A stretch of DNA of 62,960 nt, counting the filler. It is 12 parts of 12 records of this genome, joined end to end, with 100 filler letters (N's around TTAATTAATTAA, not from the genome) between each part and the next. Parts side by side here need not be neighbours in the genome. Positions count along the whole stretch, not along the records: positions 13,236 to 16,596 come from SRR7504441_7747; positions 16,697 to 19,978 come from SRR7504441_7756; positions 20,079 to 23,815 come from SRR7504441_7761; positions 23,916 to 37,663 come from SRR7504441_7771; 8 more parts are not named here. One strand, written 5' to 3'. Position numbers and translations under genes: made by a program. This document shows positions 13,347 through 27,012 of this stretch, one piece after another (the first letter of the stretch is position 1; every line of letters starts with the position of its first letter). The notes beneath the pieces are model-generated. The model searched no databases and had not been told where the DNA came from. It worked only from the letters and a program-made list of their open reading frames with translations.

Positions 13347-16344
13347 ATGAACATAGATGACATCTGGGCTGAGCTGCAGGCCGAGGCGGCCCCAGCGCCG
13401 CGCCCGCGCGCACCCCGCCAGGTCGCCCCGCCTCCGACCGTTGCTTAGTCCCACGCGCAGGCGGTCAGCGACGTGGCGCGGGCTGCCAAGGTAGAGAAGG
13501 TCGCTGCAGAGCTCGCGGCTGCGCCCACTGAGATGGCGGTGGACCCACCGGCCGCCCCGGTCTCCCTGGAGGAGTGGGCTCGTCCGGTGCAAAACAACTG
13601 TTGCTGAGTCTGTAACGCACGGCCATAGGTGCGCCGGGAGCTCAACCGGGCAACAGACGAGGCCATCAACAAAGCCGACCGGCTGGCTGGGCTGCGGGCA
13701 GTCCGTCGGGCGGTGGCGCCGCCGAGTGGGCCGGAGGGCCAATTGGCCGACGCTGCGCTGCTGGAGGTTCGCCACTGGGTTGAAATCGAATCGTTTGACG
13801 GCGGTATTGGCTGCAGGTGCTACTCCGTCCTCTGCTGCAGCTCCTCTCGGACCCCCTCGAACCGTGCCGAGAGGCAAACTGCGCTCCCGGCCGAATCCTG
13901 AAGCGCTGGCCGCAGGGCGCAGCGGGTGTGCTGCTGCTGGCCGTCACAGCAGCAATCGAACCGGCCGCAGCACTGGGGCTCACGCTGCCTGTAAGTCTCG
14001 GGCGCCGGGCTAGCACTCACCTGTCAGTTCAGGTGTTGGCCAGCCGGTTGGTTTACACGGAGGGGGTGCCGCTCGAGCCTGCCGAAGAGGTGCTGCGCCG
14101 TGCCGGCAGGGCGCTGAATGGCAACAGGTGCGACTCAGCCTGGTGTCGCTTCTTGAGCTTCTGATGAGGAAGTCGCCGGCAGACCTTTTGGCCCCGCACG
14201 CCCACGCGGCACTCGGGGCGGCCGGGCGAGCTACCTCCAGCGATCCGTTCCCAGAGGTGAAGAAAGCCGGCTGCGCAGTGATGGTAGTTGTCGCTGAGCA
14301 GCAGCCAGACCCGACCCAACTGCTGGCCCCGGAGCTCGCTCGTGCGCTCCAGCCAGCGGTCACACACCAGCACTCCAAGCTGCGTGGGGCGGCACTGTCG
14401 GCTCTCACGGCGATCTCGTGCTGCGGAGCGGCCCCGGCGATCGTGTTTGAACCCTCTGAGATGGTCCAGCTGGCTGCTGGGCGGTGCCACGACCGATCAG
14501 CCGCGGTCCGGCAGCAGTTAGTGGAGCTGCTCGGCACATGGCTCCGACTGCGCAACGGACGGCATGGCGGGAAGGAGCACACGACCACCGCGCTGCTCAA
14601 GGCGGTGCTTGAGCTGCTCGGGGACGAGTCGGCTGCAGTGGGCGAGGCGGCACTGGCTCTGCTTTGTGAGACGGGCGAGGCGTTTTTGACCTCAATGCAA
14701 CAGACCGTGGTGCCTGCGGAACCGATGGCAGAAGATGTCAAGGTAGCGGCGGTGGCAGCTACCGTGACAGTTGACTGTCTGCCTGTCCAGCCAGGTGGCT
14801 CTGGGGGTCGAACAGTGGCGGCGCGTGCACAGGCGCGGCTGCCGCGATACCAGTCTCCGCTTACCGGGCCTCCACCGGATGGGGCAGTCGCGCTGGTGCA
14901 GGCGCATCTGCCCGCCATCATGCCGGGACTGCTCACAGAGCTTGGGGAGTGGACGGAGGCTGGCCGGCGCGGGGCACTTCGGCTACTGGCGGCACTGCTG
15001 CCTCTGGCAGAGGGCGAGCTGGTGGTGTGGGCCGTGCCAGCACTCCAAGGGCTGATCCAAGCTGTGAGCAGTGGCGCGGCCAACGTGCATAAGCAGGCTT
15101 GCGAGTGTGCCTGGATGATCGGTTGCTTTGTGGCTGCTGATGAGACGCTCCCAGCAGTATCTCGATTGGTGCCCTCAGACACCGGAGCGATTCAAGTGGC
15201 AACCCAGCTACTCATTGCAGCAGACGAGGCCTCACAGCAACTATCTCAAAAGGTCTTAACCCGGCTACTGTCAGCGGCAGCGGCAGCTGTCGACGCAGAG
15301 CTGCCCAAATGCGGCGAAAGTGTGCTAGGGCTATGCTCGGTGCTGGTTAAAGTTGGTGTGGAGCCTCTAGGGCCTCTGGTGGCACTGCTCACGCGGCTTG
15401 GAGTGCTCGAACAGCCTGGGCTGGCATCGGTAGAATCGGCGCTGGCTGCCAGGGCCGGGGTAGGCGGCGTTTCGGAGCTGTACAGCAAATATGCTGACGA
15501 GGTGCTCGCAGAGTGTGTGCGTGGCGGTTGTGCTGGGTGGACCGCATCTTGCCTCTCGTGGCGAGCATTTAGTCTGGTGCTTCAGCGAGCTGGACCGGCT
15601 GTGTTGCATACCAACCAGGTTGTCCAGAGCACCCTTCTTGAATGCACCCAGACCTCGAGGGACGGCTCGCTGCGGCTTGCAGCGCTGGACCAGCTCAGTG
15701 AGCTACTGCCAGCCGGGGGCGTAGCAGCCTGGGATCCCCACCTATCTGGACGGCTGCTGCTGGAGGCAACGATACCAAATGCGGTGTGGAGGGCTGGCCG
15801 ACAAGCAGCACAGGTCAGGGCAGCTGCGCTCGGAGTGTTGAGGCAGCTGCTCGCTCGGTTTGACGCCAGTCACAAATCGAACTGGCAGCTGGCGGTGAAT
15901 GAGCCGCGATTCGGACTGTTGGCTCTGCTAATGTCGGCCCTCCAGGACGACGAGGTCAAGCCACGACTGGTGTGCTGCGAGGTGCTTGAACAGTTGTTCT
16001 GCCGCCTGGATCCAGCCAGTTTCTCATACGACCAGGTTCGCACTCTGATACCAGAGGTGCTCAAGCGACTCGATGACTCACGCGACCAGGTGAGGCACGC
16101 AGCGTTGGCTGTGGTCCGAGCCCTGGGAACCGTTGTGGAGCACCTTCAGGTGTCGAGCTATGTGGAGTATCTAACCGATGGACTGGCACCGTACCTTGAC
16201 GATCTTGGCCTGAAGGAGGACTTAATCGCCACAATCAAGAGGTTTGCAAGTGTGGACCTTGAGGCATACACCAAAGCGATTGAAAAGCTACAGAAGCGCG
16301 GGATTCCGGCGGACGTATGTGCTGAGCTGATGGCCATGCTATAG
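13347..16344 (+). CDS. DNAAF5: HEAT-repeat protein, dynein axonemal assembly factor 5 (HEATR2)-like
   Basis: HEAT repeats with LLRPLLQLLSDPLEPCRE, SDPFPEVKKAGC, HQHSKLR, CHDRSAAVR, IPNAVWRAGRQAAQVR, PEVLKRLDDSRDQVR, matching recalled HEATR2 motifs. Confidence 0.8.
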
Positions 16345-16696
16345 GATGTAACCTGGGTGCAGTGTCCAGTCACCCTGGTGCTGCGCGCACGATGTAAGGC
16401 TCCTTGTAATTGTCATGAGCAGCCAAGGATAAGCTTCGCTTCCTATTCTAAGGTTCCGATAGTTTCTAGACAGCCACGATGAATAGATTGAATCCACTAG
16501 TATGTATAGAAGTACCAAGTGAAGTACCAGCTCTTATCTTACAAGATTTCATGTACTAACTTAAAGCGTATATAAGTACATTTATTAGAAAGTCGGNNNN
16601 NNNNNNNNNNNNNNNNNNNNNNNNNNNNNNNNNNNNNNNNTTAATTAATTAANNNNNNNNNNNNNNNNNNNNNNNNNNNNNNNNNNNNNNNNNNNN

Positions 16697-19265
16697 CCCC
16701 CCTCTCCAGCCCGGGGGCCCTGCCTGCTCGGCCAGCGGCCAGGCCCTCTCCTGGCTCTGGACCTCCAGCTGGACCTGAACCGGCCCGTCCGGATCCGTCT
16801 GCGGGTGCTTCTGAATCGCTTCGTACAGCCGCTCCTCGTAGTCAGTGAGCAGTTCCTTGTATAACCACACCCGGCACTTGACCAGCTCAGCCCCAAACCT
16901 GGCCGCCAACTCCTGCCGCAGCTGACGCACGTCCTTCCCCACAGAGAACGCCAGCCCGACCGGCTCACCCAGCTCCGGCTGGTCGCCGTGCACCAGCTGC
17001 ACAGCCAGCAGTCGCGGGTACCATTCAATGTCCAGCCGGCGATTCTCTCCGTACGCGAGCACTTGTCGCGGGATCGGCGGTCCGTCCACCGAGTGCGCTT
17101 GCTCGATCAGCCGCCACAGCTCGGGCGGCACACTCACGCAGTCATACAGGGAGCTACTGCCCGGCCAGTCAGCTGCCTCCCGGCCCGGCCGCACATGCTC
17201 GAGTCGAGCGCCGCGGGGACCGCCGCCTTCCTGAGCCTGTCGAGCAGCACCACAGCCTCCTGACTGGCCAGCAGAGCGCCGGTCCGGACCTCGGCTGCCC
17301 CGGCATGAGCAGCGCACCGGCCGGGCGCACCGGGGAGAGGGTCGGCGGCCTGCCATCGGAGCCAGCGCCAGAGCCACTCGCCGGGGACTACAAAGCGCTC
17401 GGTGTTCTCGACCAGTTTGTCGTGCTTCAGAATCGAGACCGCCGCCCGCTTGGCCGCGGCAAACCTTAGCTCCTGTGCCCGAGGCTCAATGCTGCCAGAG
17501 GGGGGCGGACCGGCTGAGGCGACTTGAGGTCAGGGTCTTCAGGCTCCGGCGACTGCTGCGAGGTCGGGCTGGGGGTCGGACTGTCGTAGTCAGTGCTCAG
17601 AGTGACGTCCGCAATCGGCACAAACAGCCCAGCGAACCTGTCGCACTCAAACAGCCGCTTGCCGGTGATGTCGGAGGCAGCCCTGTAGGTCCCGTCGGTG
17701 TCGCCCAGGAAGGTGCCACTCTCGCGATCCCAAGAATCAAACAGCTCCACCCCCACCCAGACGCCCTGCTGGTCCTCCAGCTGGCCAACCCAGGCCACGC
17801 GAGCACTCGCCGAGCTCCCCGCCGGCTTCCGCAGCCTCACCTGGACTATCGTGTTGATGGGCAGCGTGTCGGCCGCGGGCTCGGTCTGCTCACTCGCCTC
17901 GAGCTGCAGCTCTGACAGCTTGACGTACAGCCCATCGTGGCACTCTCCGGCGTCAAAATACTTGACTCCGCCGCGCTGCCACTCGCCGGATGTGTTGCCT
18001 ATCGGGTAGTAGGTCTTGGGGCAATATTTATCCAGAAGCAGCAGCCCGGCCCATTGCTCAGAGTAGCCCGGCGGCGTCCCTATCCACTTGACAACTGCCC
18101 GGGCCAGCTTGCTCTGGTCGCACCGGGTGGAGGGCTGCACCCACACTCAGCCGGCCCGGGCAAGCCGCGGCACCGGCCGGACGAGCACTTGGGTCTCGAG
18201 CTGGATGGCAGGCGGCTGCTGCAGCTCGACTCCCATCTCGTTGTCGACATACACGTCCTCCAGCGATACGAACGCCCCGTGCCCATCCGTGCAGCGGAAC
18301 AGCCGCTCGGGCGGGCCGGATCGGGGCTGGTACTGGCCATCGGTGTCGCCCAGGGTGCCGCCCTCGGCTGTGTAGGGTTCAAATATCTCGACGCCCGCCT
18401 TGGTCACCCCATCCAGCTCACCCAGCTGCCCCGACTCAACCGGTGCAGCCGGCGGCCGCACCCAGCTGAGCAGCCCCCGGACTGGCTCAGCCGCCCCCGG
18501 CAGCGCCACCAACACCACACTCCCAACCTCCGGCGGCACAGTGTACCTGCCCCCGGCTGGCGCCACTCCCCAAGGGCGCACCGCTGCAGCCCGTGCACCG
18601 GGGCTGGCTTGGGAAGCTCCGGAGGGTCCGGCTCAGCCGGCGGAGGCTCCCCGAAGTCAGGATGTGGCTGGATTCGATCAGCTGCCACAAAGAAGCCGGC
18701 GCCCGGGTCGCATCTGAACTTGCGGAGCCCGGCGCTCCAGCCCGCCTTGAGCACTCCGTCCGAGCCTTGGCCATTGAACGGTGGCCGCCAGCACTCCACC
18801 CCGTACACGACGCCATCGTCCTCCGTCCCGACCCAGCTGCCCTTCCGCTCCGCTTTGGCCGCCGCGGCGGGCACCGGACGACTGCATCGTACCAGTCGAG
18901 CTTGGCGCGCGAGTAGGAGGTCTGCGCCGGGTGAGAGGGCCCGCCGGGCGGCACCTGAGGCAGCTGGACCTGAACCACCGTGCCCTCCGAGAAGGCCGCC
19001 GCGGACGGTTCGCTCGGCCCCGCCGCGTTGGCCGGGCGGGGGCGGGGCAGCGTGAGCGATCGGGTGGACTGGGGCTCCGGCTCCGGGGGGACCGGCTCGG
19101 GGCGATACTGGTCGGGCCGGACCACTGGCCGGCGGCGGATCCCTACGCTCTCGGCCCGGCCCTGCCAGCGGTGGGTTCCGGCGCGCCAAGGGGCACCTGG
19201 CGGAGGCGGGGGTCCGGGGGCAGGTGCCTCTCGGGGTAACGGAAAGCCCCGGGCCGGTAGCTCAT
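16697..19265 (-). CDS. Four CAP-Gly domains + DUSP + Ubl-like domain; probable deubiquitinase (3' partial, start uncertain)
   Basis: Four repeats of W(V/I)G..GVE..G.(T/S)DG..(L/K)F.C..G.FV; then RFVVPGEWLWRW..PGAPG..DCVSVPPELWRLIEQAH..GPPIPRQV..DIEWYP (DUSP) and FSVGKDVRQL..CRVWLY (Ubl). Confidence 0.75.
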
Positions 19266-19457
19266 CCCGTTCGGGGGCGCGCGCCCTGCCTTCTCGCCAA
19301 CAGGTACCCGCAACTTGGTGGCCGTTGCCGTTGCCACCGACAACGGCCAAGCCGGCCAGTCAGAGCCGCAGAGCCGTATCTAGAGCGGGGCATAGAATGA
19401 AAACGTGTGCCCTATGACTCTATTTATGCAAATACTAGCGCTCTATGACAAGGCTCA

Positions 19458-19978
19458 TCAGTTCCAGCCGGCGGCATGGTCGAAGTACTGGTACCTGCAC
19501 ACCAAAGCTCTCAGTGACAATCTCAGCATCGCGGGTCACCCCTCCTCTTTAATGCGCTTGATCTCGGCCGCTTCCTTGGCCGACACCTCCGCTTGGATCA
19601 CGAAGTCCTCGTCCTTGGGTCGCATTCGTTCCCAGCGCTCTTGATCCCTCGCGGCCTCCTCCGCCTTGGTCTCCGCCTCCTTCCTCGCCGCCTCCGCCTC
19701 CGCGGCCGCCTCCTCCTGCTCCTCGATCTGCTGCTTGAACTCCTCCAGCGTCAGCTCCTCCTGCGCCCCGGTCCCGCCCGGCCCGGCGGCCGGCCGACCA
19801 TCATCGACATCTCCCTCTTGATACACTCGTCCTCGTAACACTCGAGCAGCTCTTCATCCTCCTCCGCCTTCACCTGCGCGTCCTCCACCGCTTTTTTCTG
19901 GCCAGCCGTCAGCGCCGCCTGCCCAGCCCGCACCGAGGCCTGGGCCACTTGCTCTTTCCGATCCTCGTACATCCCCGC
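19458..19978 (-). CDS. Acidic coiled-coil hypothetical protein (5' partial)
   Basis: ORF pieces 19751-19972 and 19536-19841 join via short introns; ends YQYFDHAAGWN*. Confidence 0.55.
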
Positions 19979-20078
19979 NNNNNNNNNNNNNNNNNNNNNN
20001 NNNNNNNNNNNNNNNNNNNNNNTTAATTAATTAANNNNNNNNNNNNNNNNNNNNNNNNNNNNNNNNNNNNNNNNNNNN

Positions 20079-20584
20079 ATGCGGTCATTCAACGCAGAAG
20101 TCACATCGGCCAAAGATCTTGGCAAGCAGGGAATCGCTGTGACAGTCGCGTGCCCACAGAGCGGCTGCGCTTCAGTATCGCGTGATAAGCTCAGTGATGG
20201 TGGCCCAACCAGCTCAAAGAAAGACTTGAAATGGGGCTGCCAATCTGAGGCCACGGTCTACACAGAAGCGTGCCAAGGATGTGCATGCAAAGATGGGAGT
20301 GGCTTCAAAACGTTTGCAAAGGTTTCGCTACAGCACAAACTTGTGAAAGGCGCCAAGAAGAAATCATGTGCTATTTGGTTCTCTAGGGTGAGTTTTCCCG
20401 GCAACTCACTGTGATTGATTGTCATTACTTACAGGTTGACGCCGCCGTAAAGCAGCTTGCGGAGGCAGTCAAAGCCCAAGCACGCAGCATCAAGGCCAAG
20501 CAGTGTCTTTCCTCTGGAACCGAGCCATCGGAGACAAAAGTGGGTACAATTCCTTCAAAGGAGGAGGAATTCGAGGAATTATAA
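20079..20584 (+). CDS. 3' end of a Cys/Lys-rich hypothetical protein
   Basis: Open frame from the contig start, GT-AG intron about 20388-20433, ends KEEEFEEL*. Confidence 0.55.
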
Positions 20585-20709
20585 GTAAGCTTGTGATGTG
20601 CTTTCATTTTTTAAATCAATAAAATGATATGTCAGAACTGTCCAGCTCAGAACGGGTGCACTTACCAACGGCGCGTACAGCACATTCATATAACTATTCT
20701 TTAATGATC

Positions 20710-21578
20710 TTATATCCACAAATTGGGATGGTTGATTTCGGGCTGTTCCCTTTGTTGACTTCCGAGCATTCTGCTTAGGCGATAGAGCAGTGTTGCTAGC
20801 TGGTCGTGATAAACAGACGCCAGCATCAGCGAAGATACGGTCTTCTCACGCCAGCATGCTACATTGCACGCCATGGCATAGTTGAACCACCTGTGCATGA
20901 TGCAAACCATCTTTGTCTGGTCTGATGGCCCTGAGCGTCTCACGAGCTCCCTCCATTGGGCGGCACACCAGCCAGCCAACTCAGCAGCGCACAGCTGGTC
21001 GCACCCGCACTGGGCTCTCCAGCTACAGAGAGCTTGTAGCTCAGCGCAGTGCTGCCATCGCTGCATCACAAGCCGACCCACAGGCTGCTGCGCCACAAGC
21101 CGACTCAGCCCATTCTCCTCCGAACCCTAGACCACCCAGGCGGTCAGCCGCGTGCCAGCCGGGGCCGGGGCGCCTGTCTGCTGATGGCGCGCGCCCGGAG
21201 CCCAAGTTGCCTGAACTGCCAAATGTTGGTGATCAGCTCCAGTGCGAAAGCCCGGTCGGTGAAAGAGAAGAACTCGTGGGTCTGGCAGCCGGCGCGGACG
21301 GCCACCCCCGGGTTGATGAAGGCCTGCACCGTGGCCTGCACCTCGGCCACTTGGCTGAGCGGGACGAGCAGCTGGGTTACGATCCCGAGGATGTTGGAGT
21401 AGAAGCACAGGTGGCTGTACGTCACGTACAGGAATCCGTGCATCAGGATGGTCTGCTGCAGCGCGCACGAGAAGTAGTCGATGCAAACCTCGTCCTCCGG
21501 CACCGCGAAGGTGGCCCGGACAAACAGGTCGTGCTCCGACGGCTGCGCCCCGGCCCAGTCCTCAGATTCAGTCGCCAT
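20710..21578 (-). CDS. GRAM-domain protein
   Basis: FAVPEDEVCIDYFSCALQQTILMHGFLYVTYSHLCFYSNILG..FFSFTDRAFALELI is a typical GRAM domain; one intron near 21130-21190. Confidence 0.85.
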
Positions 21579-21815
21579 GTCGGGTCCTGCCCACTCGGCG
21601 CTGGAGGGTTGCTCGCCTCGCCGATCCAGCAACTTGCGAGGCGCCGTGCTCGCCTCCCCGCAGGATGAGCCCGGCCGGCGAGGCTGCTGCTCCTTTTTGG
21701 CTCGCCGCCGCCCGGTGCACGTTCCAGGCCAGCCGGTATTGATCATAGATCTAGTGAACAGCTGCAGCCGCCAGGCGTTGTGATTTCAGGATCATTTGGC
21801 GCTGTTCCCTGTTCA

Positions 21816-23464
21816 ATGGCTCGCTTAGTTCTTCTGTGGCTCTCGGCGGCGCCGCTGTGCTGCCTGTCGTCACTCGCGGCGCGGACCGTGTACCAGCCGG
21901 ACTGGCCCAGTCTGGACCGGCGCGGCACCCCGGACTGGTGGTCCGAGCAGAAGTTCTCTCTGTTCATGCACTGGGGCTTGTACAGCGTGCCCGCCTTTTG
22001 CCCAGCCACCCCAGAGATGCACACCTGCTACGCGGAGCATTTCTTCGACCAAGTGCTGCCCTGGTCCCACAACCCCGACACCCCGGAGCAGGCCTACCTC
22101 AACCGCACGTTCGGGGCCGGGTTCGAATACCCCGACTTCGCCCCGATGTTCAAAGCCAGCCTGTTCAACGCCACCGCCTGGGCCGAGCTGTTCGAGGCCT
22201 CGGGCGCGCAGGGCCTGACGATGACCTCCAAGCACCACGAGGGCTGGACTCTCTGGCCCAACTCGCGTCACGCTGACTGGAACTCCGTAGACACCGGCCC
22301 GCACCGAGACCTGTTGCGGGAGGTACGGGATGCGGTCCGGGCGCGGGGGCTGCGCTGGGGGGTGTACTACTCGCTGCTGCAGTGGAACCGGCAATGGGAT
22401 CCCCGGATGGGCTGCGACGAGGCCTGCCAGCAGAGATACGTGCGCGAGGTGCTTTTGCCGATAACATAGCTGCAGTGCCGGCTCTATCGGAGCAGGGCTA
22501 ATGTTGAGGGCGCAGGTGATGATCCCAGACCTCAAGGAGCTCGCCTCTGAGTACTTGCCGGACGTAATCTACGTCGACGGCGAGTGGGACAGGGACTCTG
22601 ACTTCTGGCAGACCAAGCCGTTCCTTGGTGCGCAGTGCAAGGGGTCTGGCTCACGGTGGGCAGCCTGGCTGTTCAACGAATCGCCTGTCAGAGACTCTGT
22701 GGCAGTCAACGATCGCTGGGGTAACGAGACGCGCGGCAAGCACGGTGGTTTCTTCGTTTGTGAGTATTCTGGCGAGACCGATGGGAGCTGCATAACTGAC
22801 AATCCGACGCACGCATGGACGAGCCACGAAGGGATGGGGAAGAGCTTCGGGTACAACAAGCTTGACATCTACAACACCTCGAGCTACTTTGTAAAGCTGC
22901 TGGTCCAGTCTGCAGCCAATGGTCAGAATACTCTCTAAGTTTGCTTGTTCTTGTACACCGAACCTTGCTTAATATTTTGGTGCACTGAGTCTCTCAACAG
23001 GTGGCCATCTTCAGTTGAACGTTGGTCCAGACTGCGACGGCCGAATTCCGGATCCTCAACCCCAAATCCTCCGCGACATAGGCAGCTGGCTCGCCCTCAA
23101 TCGACAGGCCATATACAACAGCTCGGGGTTTGCTTTGGGCGTGAAAGCAGGCGGCTGCAGCAGCACCATCGGAAACGGGACAGAAGTTTGCCTCACGCGC
23201 GCTGGGACGACTGTGTTTGCAATCGCAATCGGCTGGCCCAGCAGCCTTGTCTTCAAGACAGCGCTGCTCAGACCGACTGCGAGTGCTCGGGTGAGCATCC
23301 TCGGAGTGCCGGCGTATCAGGATCTGAAGCTGGTCAGCTCTGGGGTGGAGACACATGTGGAGGTGCCAGTGGTGCCAATCGTTGAATTGCCGAGCATCGA
23401 TGTCAAGGTCGAAGCTTTTGTTTTCATAATCCGCGGGCTCGAGAATGGCATACTTGTGGCATGA
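21816..23464 (+). CDS. Alpha-L-fucosidase (GH29), secreted/lysosomal
   Basis: YQPDWPSLDRR..KFSLFMHWGLYSVP, TSKHHEGWTLWP, GVYYSL, YVDGEW (nucleophile Asp), AVNDRWG, LNVGP..DGRIP; three introns. Confidence 0.95.
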
Positions 23465-23915
23465 TAACTTCCAGCCGACTGTTTGCGCACTTCAACAGCC
23501 GTCTAGATCTCTGATGCTTTCCAGACTTCTAATTACCTTCTCAATACGTTGATGCGTAGTACTCAATATTTAGGCCTACAAATGGCTTTAAGAATGTCAA
23601 GTGAATCAAGAGTCAACACGAATGACGGAATTAGAATGAAAAGAATTGCTTCGTTCACAAACAATTCGTGAGCCGTTTATTAAAATAATTATCTATAAAG
23701 GACTGGTGTGGCTTCGGAGCTCTTCAGGAGGCCGGCAGGCTCTGGCACCGCCAGGCGGGTGCTGAGCTGTCCTGGGTTCGTGTATGTGGCTGAGGAGGAC
23801 AAGAGAGTGCGAGACNNNNNNNNNNNNNNNNNNNNNNNNNNNNNNNNNNNNNNNNNNNNTTAATTAATTAANNNNNNNNNNNNNNNNNNNNNNNNNNNNN
23901 NNNNNNNNNNNNNNN

Positions 23916-26400
23916 CGGATTTGGCTCGGAACAACAACGTGCCTTGTATGCCCGCCGTGATCGAGAACGCGTTCTTGGGCAAAGCTGTGACAACATAGGC
24001 GTGCTTATCTTGACAACACGGCTTCCGCAGCACCCGCTGTATCATAAACTTGACGACTGTTTTCTCTTTGCGCTGCTTGCCCTTTGGGCCTCGATATAGA
24101 GGATTTGGGACGTTGAGTGCAATCGGCTCGCAAAGCAGCGCAACGTCGCTCATCAGGATGAGGTGACAGCGTTCAGTGAGTCTGTCTCCGACGTTGCTGC
24201 TGTCCGCTGCTTCGGCCGCATCCGACCTTTTGACGCGACTCAGTGAGTACAAGTCGCCCTCTCGGCAGACCTGCCTGTTTTCACAGACGAAATACTCGGA
24301 CGGGTTGTAAAGCGTGTCATGAACTGCAAGGAGCTTCTTGAATTCGGCACACTTGCGATCCACAAAGCTGTTCATGCCCGTTACCACTTGCAGTGTCTCG
24401 TCGAGATCGGAATAGTTGATGTGAGCTTTCGGGGTGAGTTTCTTGAGACGCTTCAACAGACTCTCCATGTTGGTGGCACACTGCAGCACCCCGAATAGAT
24501 AAAAGTCGGCAGGGTTTTTGTTGGCTGGAGGCGGCTGCGACTGCTGCAATTCCCACACGAAATCCCTCATCTTCTTCCCCGAATCGGCCTTCATGCCCTT
24601 GTCCTTGACCAGTTTCATCATCTTGGTGATTCGATTCATGTATTTCACCAAGTGTTCCTGCGAGCCCTCGACAATTGCCCTGTAGAATTGACTCACTGCT
24701 AATAATCTGTCACGGCTGCTTTCTTGCAAATTGGCACAAATCTCCTCCTCAAAAGCAGGGATATGTTGGTCATGCACCTCTTTCAAGCCACAGACCGCTC
24801 GCGAGAACACACTAAACTCGTGATTGATCCAGCCGTGAGGGTCCTTATCGCCCCCCACCCCAGCTGCAAGCACACTCCGCTGTATCGGATCCAAGAAGTG
24901 CGCATTCAGAGACCCAAGGTCCCTACTAAATCGACACGCCACCTGCACCATCTCCTTCAGCACCGAATCGGCGGTGGCCATGTTCTTAATCCGTTTCTGC
25001 AGCCGACACCCGCCGAGCCCCTTAAGCTGGTACGCCAACCTGAACCTCTGCACCCTCCGCTTGATCAGCTTGATCGCTGCCAGCCGCCTCTGGCCGAGCA
25101 GCGCGTGCATCTCGTCGGCTTGCTCCTCGTGCTCGGCTATTTTAGTCTCGGCTTCGCCCAGCTGCTGCTTGATCTCTGACAGGGCGCTTAGGAACTGAAC
25201 GGACCATTCGTGCCTCTCCTTCTGTCGGTGCTCTAACAACAGCACAACAAGGTCCGAAGGCGAGCTAGCTTTGTTGACCTTGCTCTCAAGCTTGGCCGCT
25301 TCGGCACGCCCAGCCGGCTGCCGGAACCAGTTGTCAATCTGCTTTTCAAGTTTGGCCATCTGGCCTCCCGTGAGCCCCTCGACTGGCCGATCCCCGAGAG
25401 GTGTCCGACTCAGCCTGTAGAGGACTAACTCCTTCTGCCTGGCCATCTCAAACGCCATGTCCAAGGCCAGCTTCCGCTCTAGATCCTTGGTCGCACTCAA
25501 CTGCTCTCTCAGCTGGGATTCAAGCCGCTCTGACCGCAGCTCCGCATCAGCACGGGCCCGCTGCTCGGCCTCAAGCTGCACCTCTAACGTCTTGTTCAGC
25601 TCGCCAAGCTCCTCAACCAGCCCACTCTCCCCAGCCGGCGCTGGAGCCTCGCCGTCCACGCCCCCCAGCTGGTCCTCCAGCACGGCGTTCTGAATAAGCG
25701 CCTCGCTCATTGCCTTGAGGCCGCTCAGCTGGTCAAATACTCCTTGAACGATCCCCACCTGCTCCGCCCGCTCGCTCTTTGCCCACTCCCGCCGAAGCAC
25801 ATCCCGCTCCAGCCGCTCCGCCGACGGCGACCGCGCCAGGTGGGTCGGCCTGCCCGCGGCCCGCAGTTTCAGCCTCTCGAGATCCGCCCGGCACCGGCTC
25901 AGCTCCGCTTCCTGGCTCTCTATCACCACTTGGTCGGCCGCGATCCGTTGGAGCGCCAGCTCGAGCGCGGCCGCGGCCTGCTGCAGCCGGTCGGGCGCCG
26001 ACTCGGGCGCCCGCATGTGCGCCGAGAGCGCTGCGGGCGAGGTGGCTCGCTCGAACCGGCGGGATTGGACCGCCCGGTGCCGCCACTGCCAGCCGGGCTC
26101 TTGAGCCTCCTCCTCGGGCTCCTCCTCGGGCTCATCCTCGACCGCCCGACTGGGCTGTGGACTCGGCCTGTCGGGCCTTGGGCTCGGCTGTGCGCGCGCC
26201 CGCTCCGGGGCCTTGCGACTGCTCGCAGCCGGCACTGGGCACGGCCGGGCCGGTCGCTGCCACGGCGGCTCGCGCACCAGCCCACTCGCCCGCTCGCTCG
26301 GGCGGGTGCGTCCGGCCCGTCGACCCGCGCCGCCGGCCTGCCCACCGGCGCGCTGCCCAGACGACCGCTGGACACTGCCCCCGGCCCCGCAGCTCTGCAT
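23916..26400 (-). CDS. Coiled-coil + RhoGEF (DH-PH) protein (3' partial, start uncertain)
   Basis: SVLKEMV..FSRDL..FLDPI, LLKRLKKLTPKAH..DL..L (DH); RQVCREGDL, RCHLILMSDVALLC, NAFSI (PH). Confidence 0.75.
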
Positions 26401-26473
26401 TGGCCAACGACTTCTGTGGGCCGCATCGACCGGGTGAGGGTACACACAGCCTGGGGGTGGTCGCTGGCCGAGG

Positions 26474-27012
26474 ATGAATCGGCCGGAGCGGCAAGAGCTG
26501 CTCACCCTGCCCGAGGGCACCCGCAAGTGGCCGCGAGCCGCGAGCCGCGGGCTGAGCGGCGGGCAGGGTGCTTGTGAACAAGGACACAAAGCTGCCGAAC
26601 GCCGCCACCATCACCATCGAGCGAGAGGACCACACCGTCGGGAATCTGGCCCGGATGTGCCGCCCCGCGCGCGCCCGGCGGCGCTGACCGATCGGGCAGG
26701 CAACTGCTTCGGGACAACCAGGTCCTGTTCGCGGGCTACAAAGTGCCCCACCCTTTAGAGTACAAGGTGCCCCCCGACGGGTCCAGGCCTGGAGCCGGTG
26801 GGGGCGAAGGTGATGCTCCGAGTGCAGACGACTGCTGAAGTCACACCAACCCAGTGCACCAGTAAGGCGCTGATGGATTTGGTATCCGAGCTCACCTGGT
26901 TCGAGAACAAGTTCAGCGCAGAGGTGGGCCAGCGGGTGGGAGGCGCTCAGCGGGGGGCGGACAGGTGCAGCGGAAGCGCAATCCGGGGGCCATGGAGTAC
27001 ATCATGAAGTAG
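26474..27012 (+). CDS. RPB11: DNA-directed RNA polymerase II subunit RPB11 (5 exons)
   Basis: [55 protein letters not shown]; four GT-AG introns of about 40 nt. Confidence 0.96.

Noticed and set aside
23697-23815. Probable 3' gene fragments at contig ends (also about 43520-43625)
   Set aside because: Too short to assign.
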